Assembly: GCA_038883715.1 (NCBI GenBank)
Contig: JAVZLS010000021.1
Location: 1 to 13,654, forward strand
Direction: 5' to 3'
DNA length: 13,654 nucleotides
DNA from: Candidatus Bathyarchaeia archaeon
GTDB taxonomy: Archaea > Thermoproteota > Bathyarchaeia > Bathyarchaeales > Bathycorpusculaceae
Every line of letters begins with the position of its first letter. Position 1 is the stretch's first letter. The notes beneath the pieces are model-generated. The model was not told the DNA's origin. It worked only from the letters and a program-made list of their open reading frames with translations, and ran no database searches. Shown piece by piece: positions 7,035 through 13,654 of this stretch. The translations under genes were made by a program, and so were the position numbers.

Positions 7035-7836
7035 TTGCCAGCTCACCAAAGTCTTCTGGCGCCAGCTCCCGCACACGCCTATCATGAAAGGGAAGAGAAT
7101 CAGCTACTTTGACAGCTTCTCTGAGAGCTTTATGCTCTTTCCTCATGAAGGGTCGGATTGCGTTTCTAACTTTTCTGTTGCGTTGCGTGAAAAGAGCTTG
7201 CACAAGTCTAACAAAAAGAGCTTCATCCCTCAGCTTAAAAGGCGGTGGCAGTTTAGGTTTCAGGCGGACAATTATGGAGTCTACTTCGGGCTGTGGATAG
7301 AAAAAAGTCTTTGGCACATCATCTAAAGGCTCAACATCGAAATGGTAGTAGGTTAGAACAGTTAACCAGCCATAGTCTTCGCTTCCGACGGGTGCCACAA
7401 GACGGCTTGCAAACTCTTTTTGAAAAATAAAAACGGCACACTCGAGTTTCTTGTCGAAGAGCCATTGGATTAAAGCTGAAGAAATGCTGTATGGCGGTAC
7501 GGAAACAACCTTGTTGAATACTGGAAGTGGAAGCTTAAGAACGTCTCCCTCAATAACCTCGACATTTGGCAACGCTCCAAGTTGCTCACGCAAAACTCTA
7601 ACAAGCCTATTATCCACTTCAACAGCCAAAACCCGTTCACACTTTTCGGCTAAAAAGCGGGTTAAAAAACCCAACCCAGCGCCAATATCCAAAACAACAT
7701 CATTTTTGCAAAGCGAGGCGTAACTGGCTAAAAGTTGAAAAATTGACGGTTCAACCATAAAATGTTGCCCGAGACGCTTCTTCGGGAAAATTCGATACCC
7801 TCGAAGGAGAAGCTTCGCCTCTTCAATTAGACTCAT
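7018..7836 (-). CDS. rsmA: 16S rRNA m6,2A dimethyltransferase RsmA/KsgA/Dim1
   Basis: 272 aa with KKRLGQHF, DIGAGLGFLT, VEVD, GDVLK, FQKEFA.RL.A..GS..YG.LTV, FYPQPEVDS and LFTQRNRKVRNA. Confidence 0.95.
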   Translation of the reverse strand: MSLIEEAKLLLRGYRIFPKKRLGQHFMVEPSIFQLLASYASLCKNDVVLDIGAGLGFLTRFLAEKCERVLAVEVDNRLVRVLREQLGALPNVEVIEGDVLKLPLPVFNKVVSVPPYSISSALIQWLFDKKLECAVFIFQKEFASRLVAPVGSEDYGWLTVLTYYHFDVEPLDDVPKTFFYPQPEVDSIIVRLKPKLPPPFKLRDEALFVRLVQALFTQRNRKVRNAIRPFMRKEHKALREAVKVADSLPFHDRRVRELAPEDFGELANALAN

Positions 7837-7856
7837 GGAAGCGTTTACAGCCCCTT

Positions 7857-8429
7857 TCAGCGGGCTCTTGTGAAAAGCCTATACTTGCTTTCGCCAGCCA
7901 ACTCCTCCAAAATCCTTTTTGTGAGGAGCTTAACTGGGTTGGGGATTTCGGTTCGCTTCTGTAAATCCTCAAAACTTTCGAAAGGTTTTTTCTCCCGCTC
8001 ATTTATAACTTGCCACATGTACTTTTTGCCGATACCAGGAATAAGCTCTAAGGCGTGCATTCTCGGGGTTATGGCTTGTGCCGTGTTGAAGAAATTGACA
8101 AACCATTTTTCACGGTTAAGCACTATGCGGCTTATAACCGCTGGAAGCTCCATTTTAGCGGCTGATGTCAATTCGTCATAACCTATCCGCCCAATAATAT
8201 AGGTTATCTCCTCACGAGCATCCTTCCCAACATAAACACGGTCATGAGGCTTTAAAGTAACGCCTTCCTTAACCAGAGCCTCCAAAAGGGTAAAGAATTC
8301 CTCGCCGACAAGCTGAACTAGGGCTCCAGCTCTATAACCAGCCCGTCCTGTTATTCGAACTCCAGGACGCCCGTGGGGGAGAAAGTCTAGGACGTAGGCG
8401 TACTCCTCGTAGCGTTTCTCCTTCTCCAT
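7857..8429 (-). CDS. DUF655-family predicted RNA-binding protein (COG1491)
   Basis: Motifs EEYAYVLDFLP, QLVGEEFFTLLE, FFNTAQAITPRMHALELIPGIGKK, PFESFEDL and KYRLF, in the conserved position between rpoF and ksgA. Confidence 0.93.
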   Translation of the reverse strand: MEKEKRYEEYAYVLDFLPHGRPGVRITGRAGYRAGALVQLVGEEFFTLLEALVKEGVTLKPHDRVYVGKDAREEITYIIGRIGYDELTSAAKMELPAVISRIVLNREKWFVNFFNTAQAITPRMHALELIPGIGKKYMWQVINEREKKPFESFEDLQKRTEIPNPVKLLTKRILEELAGESKYRLFTRAR

Positions 8430-8453
8430 TGTATCCCCTTATAAACTCCTTAC

Positions 8454-8461
8454 ATTTAAAA
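8454..8461 (-). promoter_or_regulatory. Possible internal promoter (TATA) upstream of DUF655
   Basis: The minus strand reads TTTTAAAT about 25 nt upstream of the ATG, in an AT-rich 46-nt spacer that also carries an SD-like AGGGG. Confidence 0.35.
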
Positions 8462-8475
8462 TACGGTTGGAAGAG

Positions 8476-8823
8476 CTATTTCAATCTATGTTCGTTTAAA
8501 AGTTTAACCATTGCTTCCAGTTTAGAGGCTTCAATAATTTTGCGCCCGCCTCCAAGAAAGACTCTAAGCTCTTCGATGGTGCTGGGCATACAATTAACTA
8601 TTTGAACAGCCTCGGCTTCTTCTAAACCAAAATCTTTAACAAGTTTTTCCACAAGCATCTCAGCAGTTTCGGCGTCAACCCTTGAAAACTTGGATGCATA
8701 GTCAAGCACGCGCCTCTGGAACTGGTCCAATTTTTCCTCGCCAAGATCCTCCAGTAGCTTTTTGACATGTGGAATCGTGAGACTTTTCTCCTTAACCTTT
8801 TCAGTTTCAGCCTTTTCCAGCAT
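8476..8823 (-). CDS. rpoF: DNA-directed RNA polymerase subunit Rpo4 (RpoF)
   Basis: Motifs LTIPHVKKLL, QRRVLDYASKFS and AVQIVNCMPSTIEELRVFL. The start is ATG 8823, just after the rpl21e stop, with GGTGG upstream. The track's longer start lies inside rpl21e. Confidence 0.93.
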   Translation of the reverse strand: MLEKAETEKVKEKSLTIPHVKKLLEDLGEEKLDQFQRRVLDYASKFSRVDAETAEMLVEKLVKDFGLEEAEAVQIVNCMPSTIEELRVFLGGGRKIIEASKLEAMVKLLNEHRLK

Positions 8824-8824
8824 A

Positions 8825-9121
8825 CTAACCACCCTTATAGGGCTCCAAATGCTCTGGTCTAACAATGATTTCCTTGACAGCATCACCTTGGGTGACGCTT
8901 ACAATGTAGCTTTTACCGCGCACGCCAACAATCTTTCCCACTTTTCCATGATAGCGTCTATGGGGCATGCCCTTCTGAACACTTGGGTCAATTTTTATGA
9001 CCACGCTGTTTCCAGGCTGGTATTCATGGAGCAGTTTGCTTAGTCTCATTTTGCCTCTTTCCCTAGGGTCTTTCCTAAGGAGGCGCCGCGTTTTTGACCT
9101 GTATCCCTTTGACTTTCTCAA
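8825..9121 (-). CDS. rpl21e: 50S ribosomal protein L21e
   Basis: 98 aa, TTG start, with SKGYRSKTR, IDPSVQKGMPHRRYHGKVG and IIVRPEHL. Confidence 0.98.
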   Translation of the reverse strand: MRKSKGYRSKTRRLLRKDPRERGKMRLSKLLHEYQPGNSVVIKIDPSVQKGMPHRRYHGKVGKIVGVRGKSYIVSVTQGDAVKEIIVRPEHLEPYKGG

Positions 9122-9125
9122 ATTT

Positions 9126-10463
9126 TCAACCTTCCTTCACAATTACCTTTAAAACATCAAGTTTTATAGGCTTCGCTTTGTTCCCGAGAATTTCTGAAAC
9201 GCTTGGGGTTGTTCTTCCCTCATCACCCGTCACCAGTTCTTTTACATATAGTCCTCCTTGACATCTAACTTTCAGTTCAGCCCTATTCGGTGACAATCTT
9301 TTAGCTTTAACCTCATATATGTACTTTTCCCGCGTTAAATCCGCCCGCCTGTGTAAAACACGTAGTGGCGTCCTCTGCTTAACAACTACGCCGCTAAGCT
9401 TTTCCTCCAACAGCTTTAAATCCTCGTCTGAAACTTCTTTTTCAAATTCCACAGTGACGCGGTACTCTTTTTGCGCAGACTCCGCCTTTTTCAGTTTCCG
9501 CACGAAGTCTTTGTCAACAAAGCGGAGTTCTGAAACCTCAACCTTGCCTTTCGCGTGGGCGTTTACGGCTTCCTCAATTTCTTTAAGGTTTAGGAAGCGT
9601 TTTCTTGGCTGTGCTATTTCCATGACAAAGGGTCTGCCCTTTCCAAGCATGCGGGCGTCCACGTCCTCTCTTCCGGAGGCATGAAATGCTGTTTTAGTGC
9701 CGCCCGTAACTGCGAGAATGGGTTCGCTTATTAGCTCCTCAACGGATTCTGGATATCTTTTCCCGGTCCAGTTGCATTTCTCGCATCCTTTTCCATAACA
9801 GTTGGTGCAGAACCATTTTGATTGCGGTATGCCCCTAACAAGTTTCTTGTAGCGTCCGGCAATGTAGAGGGGGTTAACCTGAACCCTTATTTCGCTGGTC
9901 ATGGGGTTTATGAGCACAACAATGTCTGGTTTTTGGTGTTCCACTGTTTTTTGGCTGTATGCGGCGATTTTCTTGCCTAAGATTCTCCCAAATTCCAGCC
10001 TCATATTTTCGCCGTATTCCACGTCAAAGCGAGCCTTAAACTCGTCCTCGCGTTCCTCAACCTCGACTGGAAGTTCGATGCCCACCAAAAAGCTGCTATA
10101 CTCATATTCTTGTAGCTTTTCAACAGCCCTTTTTGCCAACTCATCAACTATTTCAAAACTGTTCTCGCAGAGAAAACAGGTCTTCGCCACTTTTTTCTCG
10201 GAAATGCGTCTTCCCATCCTGCGAAGAGCCTCTAATGCTTTTTTACAGAAGCCGTTTATTGCAAGGACTTTGAGAATTCTTGCCCCTTCATCCTTTTTTG
10301 TGCGGGCAAGGGCTTGGGCTTCCATTAATAAGACATTTTTTATGGCTTTTCCTCTCCCATCGTTTTCCATTCCATGCCCCAGAAAAGCGAATTGCCTACC
10401 CAAACAGTGGTCACATAGGGGATGTCTTTCCAGCATTTGTAGGGCTTTTTCTAATATCCCCAT
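9126..10463 (-). CDS. pus10: tRNA pseudouridine(54/55) synthase Pus10
   Basis: 445 aa with N-terminal LCDHCLGRQF and CFLC Zn ligands, GRYKKLVRGIPQSKW, catalytic HASGREDVDARMLG.GRPF, QRTP.RV.HRRAD and GGLYVKEL..GD.GRT.PS. Confidence 0.97.
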   Translation of the reverse strand: MGILEKALQMLERHPLCDHCLGRQFAFLGHGMENDGRGKAIKNVLLMEAQALARTKKDEGARILKVLAINGFCKKALEALRRMGRRISEKKVAKTCFLCENSFEIVDELAKRAVEKLQEYEYSSFLVGIELPVEVEEREDEFKARFDVEYGENMRLEFGRILGKKIAAYSQKTVEHQKPDIVVLINPMTSEIRVQVNPLYIAGRYKKLVRGIPQSKWFCTNCYGKGCEKCNWTGKRYPESVEELISEPILAVTGGTKTAFHASGREDVDARMLGKGRPFVMEIAQPRKRFLNLKEIEEAVNAHAKGKVEVSELRFVDKDFVRKLKKAESAQKEYRVTVEFEKEVSDEDLKLLEEKLSGVVVKQRTPLRVLHRRADLTREKYIYEVKAKRLSPNRAELKVRCQGGLYVKELVTGDEGRTTPSVSEILGNKAKPIKLDVLKVIVKEG

Positions 10464-10502
10464 AAAAGACTCCTTTTAGGTATGCTTTACCGCGATAAAG
10501 CC

Positions 10503-11837
10503 TTAGCCTACGTCAACGGGCAGTCCCTTTCCAAAGAAAGGAAGCCTCTTCTTTCTCCTTAATGTTTTCAACATTTTCCGCATGAGAACATACTGTTTCA
10601 AAAGCTCCTTCACATCTTTTTCGCTAGTTCCAGAGCCCCGCGCCACACGCCTAATCCTTGAGGCATTAAAGATTTTGGGGTTTTCTCGCTCTGCCGGAGT
10701 CATTGATTGAATTATGATCCGCCACTTTTCCAGCTTGTCCTCAGCCATGTCAAGCATTTCTTCAGGCACATTGTAAGACATGCCAGGCAGCATCTTCAAG
10801 AGTTTTCGGAAGGGCCCCATGCCCTTCATGGCTTCAAACTGTTCATACATATCGGTCAGCGTGAATTTGCCGCTCAAAATGGCCTTAGCCTTCTTTTCCG
10901 GAACCTTAATTTCGGCTTCCCGAACCTTCTCGATGAGGGTTTCCAGGTCGCCCATGCCTAGGAGTCTGCCAACAAAACGGGATGGAACAAAGGGCTCTAT
11001 GTCCTCAACCTTTTCGCCAGTGCTTATGAACTTTATTGGTGCACCAGTGGCTACAACAGCGGACAGGGCGCCTCCACCTCTGGCTGAACCGTCAAGCTTC
11101 GTCACAAGTATGGAGCCTATGGATGTTGCCTCGTTGAAAGCTTTGGCTTGAACGAGGGCTTGCTGACCAATGGTTCCGTCAATGACAAGCATAACCTCGT
11201 CTGGCTTGATTTTCTCCTCAAGCACCTTCATCTCCTTTATGAGCTCGCGTTCTTCCTTGTGGCGTCCAGCTGTGTCAACTATGATTATGTCCTTGTCGCC
11301 GAACTGCTTCAAACCTTCAAGGGCGATTTTAACAGGATCTTTGGCTTTTGGATCGCCATAAATTGGCACATTAATTCTGTTGGCAAGTTGCTGAAGCTGG
11401 TCAAAGGCGCCTGGACGATAGGTGTCGGCGCATATCAAGGCGGGTTTTAAGCCCCTTTTCTGGAAGTATCTTGCAAGCTTAGCCGCAGCAGTGGTTTTAC
11501 CAGAACCTTGGATGCCAACAAGCATCAAAACCTTCCTTTTGCCAGGCTCAACCTTTAATGGGACTGGCTTTTCCCCTAGAAACCGTGTTAACTCCTCATA
11601 AACAACCTTAATGACATGTTCGCGGCGCGAAATTCCAGGCGGAACCTTCTCTTTGAGGGCTCTTTCTTCTATGCGTTTAGAAATGTCCAAGACCAGTTGA
11701 ACGTTCACATCGGCTTGTAGTAGTGCCCGCTGCACGTCCCTTACAAGCTCTTTAACGGCAGCCTCGTCGACAACAGCGGCTCTGAAAAGCTTCCTTAAAG
11801 CTTCATGAAGCGAAGCGCCAAGCCTTTCTAAAGCCAT
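10503..11837 (-). CDS. srp54: Signal recognition particle protein SRP54
   Basis: 444 aa with ALLQADVN, G1 GIQGSGKTT, DTYRPGA, DTAGR, TKLDG.A.GGGALS, LLGMGD and the M-domain IIQSMT..ER..P....SR..RVA.GSG. Confidence 0.98.
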   Translation of the reverse strand: MALERLGASLHEALRKLFRAAVVDEAAVKELVRDVQRALLQADVNVQLVLDISKRIEERALKEKVPPGISRREHVIKVVYEELTRFLGEKPVPLKVEPGKRKVLMLVGIQGSGKTTAAAKLARYFQKRGLKPALICADTYRPGAFDQLQQLANRINVPIYGDPKAKDPVKIALEGLKQFGDKDIIIVDTAGRHKEERELIKEMKVLEEKIKPDEVMLVIDGTIGQQALVQAKAFNEATSIGSILVTKLDGSARGGGALSAVVATGAPIKFISTGEKVEDIEPFVPSRFVGRLLGMGDLETLIEKVREAEIKVPEKKAKAILSGKFTLTDMYEQFEAMKGMGPFRKLLKMLPGMSYNVPEEMLDMAEDKLEKWRIIIQSMTPAERENPKIFNASRIRRVARGSGTSEKDVKELLKQYVLMRKMLKTLRRKKRLPFFGKGLPVDVG

Positions 11838-11868
11838 GACATTCTCCAGATTTAAGACCGCTTACACA

Positions 11869-11885
11869 CTTAAATACATTTAAAC
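11869..11885 (-). promoter_or_regulatory. Putative srp54-operon promoter (TATA-like elements)
   Basis: The minus strand reads GTTTAAAT (11885-11878) and TATTTAAG (11876-11869), with SD-like GGAG at 11847-11844. Confidence 0.45.
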
Positions 11886-11909
11886 ATGCCGATAATAAAC
11901 AATGAACCG

Positions 11910-12575
11910 CTACTGCTCCAGTCCGGGATATTTTGTGTCCAAAACCTCAATTATGGCTTGAACGGTCTTTTCGCCAAGTCCCTTAACGGACAGCAGCTCC
12001 CTTTTTGAGGCTTGGAAAACGCGGCGCACACTTCCAAACCGCCTTAAAAGTTCTTCTGCCCTTTCCGGACCTATTTTTGGCAGGCTTTGCACAGCGAGGA
12101 GCTGCCTCTGTCTCAGCGTGTAGGTTTTCGGCTTGTGCTTAACGGCTATTTTTCGTCTTTCCTCTTCTTGCAGTTTCTTGGCTAATGTGTACAGGAACAT
12201 GGCTGTGTGCGCCTCGTTGGGGGTGAAAACCACTGAGATATTATGGTCAGCCATAACCTTTGAAAGTGCTCCCCAGAAGGCTTGTGGAGTGCGAATATAC
12301 TTTACGGCGTTGACAAAGTCTCCTTCAACAATAAGGCATGCGTTCTCGTAGGTTTTTGCAAGCCTCTCAGCCTGCTCAAAAAGTCTGCCGTCAAAGACTG
12401 AACGGAAAAAGTCGTGAAGCTCTTTCCTTTCTACGGCGTAGTCCTCAGCCACTACATAGTCCGCTGGAGCCAAAGCCTTCTCCACAACTTCGCATCCAAG
12501 CTCTTTCAAATGGTCTTTCACGTCCATGCTTTCGCGGATGTCGGCGAAAACTGTTGGCTTAAACTCGCTCGACAT
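11910..12575 (-). CDS. xpf: Short XPF/ERCC4-family structure-specific endonuclease (ERCC4 + HhH2, no helicase domain)
   Basis: 221 aa with ADIRE, ADY, VERKELHDF..S..DGRLFEQ..RL and IVEGD, followed by tandem HhH motifs (LPKIGPERA; VKGLGEKT). SD-like GAGG about 10 nt upstream. Confidence 0.92.
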   Translation of the reverse strand: MSSEFKPTVFADIRESMDVKDHLKELGCEVVEKALAPADYVVAEDYAVERKELHDFFRSVFDGRLFEQAERLAKTYENACLIVEGDFVNAVKYIRTPQAFWGALSKVMADHNISVVFTPNEAHTAMFLYTLAKKLQEEERRKIAVKHKPKTYTLRQRQLLAVQSLPKIGPERAEELLRRFGSVRRVFQASKRELLSVKGLGEKTVQAIIEVLDTKYPGLEQ

Positions 12576-12699
12576 TGTTCATGGCCTCAATCAATAAATG
12601 GCTTTACGGAGAACTTAAACCTAACATTTTCACAAGTGCCTAACTGGGCAAACCTCTTTTACCACGAAAGCCACTAGTAAAGTTAGTGAAAACTCAAAA

Positions 12700-13654
12700 A
12701 TGGAAACTGCTTACATCTGCCGCCGATGCGGAAAGATCTACACCGCCGAGGAATATTTGAAGAGTCGTTTCTGTGGAAACTGTGGAACCTTTTTGACAAG
12801 GACAACAGCACATCAAACCGCAATAAAAGAGGAAGTTGTAGAGGATGAAGAACATTTTGATGATCTAGTTAGGAAGTTCTTTCCATACCAGAGCTTCCGA
12901 CCCTTCCAGATCAAAGCCATAAAATTCGCCCACCAAACCTTCAAAGAAGGAAAAATCGGCTTGCTATGCTCCCCATGTGGCACTGGAAAATCCATTTCGG
13001 TTTTAACAGCCTTTTTCGTGGTGAAAGAACAAAATCCTTCTATTGGCAGGCTTATAGCTTTAACTAGAACGAAAAATCAGCTTGAAATCTACTCAAGAGA
13101 GCTAAAAAACATAAAAGACCACAGTGGCGTAGGCTTCGCCGCATCCATCTTCAAAAGCAAGAAGGAAATGTGCCCCCACGCCTTTGAAGACCCAAAGCTT
13201 AAGGACATAGCCTACCGAGACTTCCTCTACTACTGCAAGGGCATGAAGGAAGGCTTATTCGGCAAAACATGTGAATACTATGAAAGAACATATGACGGGT
13301 GGAAGCCAAGCTGGCAAGCCTATAACCTTGTGGGCAAAATAAAGAAGATTGGACCCCTACTGCCAGAGGAAACCTATGAAATATGCCGCGACGAGGGATT
13401 ATGCCCATACGAAGTTACAAAGATTCTGACACGCTACGCAGATATCGTCATAGGCAATTACAACTACATTCTGGTGGACGCTATACGCGGCTCAATATTG
13501 GGAAAAGCCGGAATACGCACAAAGGCGATTAACTGCGTCTTTGATGAGGCTCACAGCCTCCCATACTATGCAAGCGGCATATTTTCAGAAGAACTCTCAT
13601 CAAGGTCTGTCAGAAGAGCACATAAAGAGATTAAAAACTTCGAGATCGACGACT
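12700..13654 (+). CDS. XPD/Rad3-family Fe-S 5'-3' DNA helicase with extra N-terminal C4 zinc ribbon (3'-truncated by window edge)
   Basis: Hand translation from ATG 12700 is open to the edge (318 codons). It shows Q motif FPYQSFRPFQ, Walker A SPCGTGKS, motif Ia TRTKNQ, likely Fe-S cysteines C158 (EMCP), C179, C191 (CEYY) and C235 (CPYE), ADIVIGNYNY and Walker B FDEAH at 282. The N-terminus is YICRRCGKIYTAEEYLKSRFCGNCGTFL. Absent from the ORF track. Confidence 0.92.
   Translation, partial: METAYICRRCGKIYTAEEYLKSRFCGNCGTFLTRTTAHQTAIKEEVVEDEEHFDDLVRKFFPYQSFRPFQIKAIKFAHQTFKEGKIGLLCSPCGTGKSISVLTAFFVVKEQNPSIGRLIALTRTKNQLEIYSRELKNIKDHSGVGFAASIFKSKKEMCPHAFEDPKLKDIAYRDFLYYCKGMKEGLFGKTCEYYERTYDGWKPSWQAYNLVGKIKKIGPLLPEETYEICRDEGLCPYEVTKILTRYADIVIGNYNYILVDAIRGSILGKAGIRTKAINCVFDEAHSLPYYASGIFSEELSSRSVRRAHKEIKNFEIDD

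Noticed and set aside
9770-9815. Extra CxxC-x4-CxxC (CTNCYGKGCEKC) in Pus10
   Set aside because: This Zn-binding insertion is commonly seen in archaeal Pus10 and is not novel.
6414-11837. srp54-pus10-rpl21e-rpoF-DUF655-ksgA-hemK2 cluster as a new system
   Set aside because: It is a well-known conserved archaeal gene neighbourhood, although DUF655 itself remains poorly characterised.
605-11912. Frequent TAG stops as a sign of pyrrolysine or stop-codon recoding
   Set aside because: The TAGs fall at the expected C-termini of conserved proteins, no gene is interrupted internally, and no pyl genes are in the window.
7003-12677. Plus-strand ORFs antisense to rsmA, DUF655, rpoF/rpl21e, pus10, srp54 and xpf
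   Set aside because: They are antisense shadows of conserved genes with no independent family signal.
12813-13408. Track ORFs 12813-12995 (-) and 13199-13408 (-)
   Set aside because: They are antisense to the XPD-family helicase, which has all the expected N-terminal motifs.

Overview
This is an archaeal chromosomal window. The gene set and sequence style suggest a TACK-like lineage, most plausibly Bathyarchaeia (inference only). Most of it is a minus-strand housekeeping array: ERCC4/XPF nuclease, srp54, pus10, rpl21e, rpo4(rpoF), DUF655, rsmA/ksgA and a HemK2/MTQ2 methyltransferase, then rpl10e, ppsA and dph2. A divergent deaminase pair (an ADA-family adenine/adenosine deaminase and an unusual dCTP-deaminase-fold protein) interrupts the array. 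Two genes that run off the window edges are missing from the ORF track, so I translated them by hand. On the left is a HicB-like/DinB-like fusion (592->1, minus). On the right is an XPD/Rad3 Fe-S helicase (12700->end, plus) with an extra N-terminal C4 zinc ribbon resembling the TFE/TFIIE-alpha ribbon, head-to-head with a short XPF that has no visible PIP box. The most interesting candidates are the Zn-ribbon-XPD/XPF pair, the His-substituted dCTP deaminase homologue with its deaminase partner, and the HicB-DinB fusion. I saw no RNA genes, CRISPR arrays, inteins or mobile elements.
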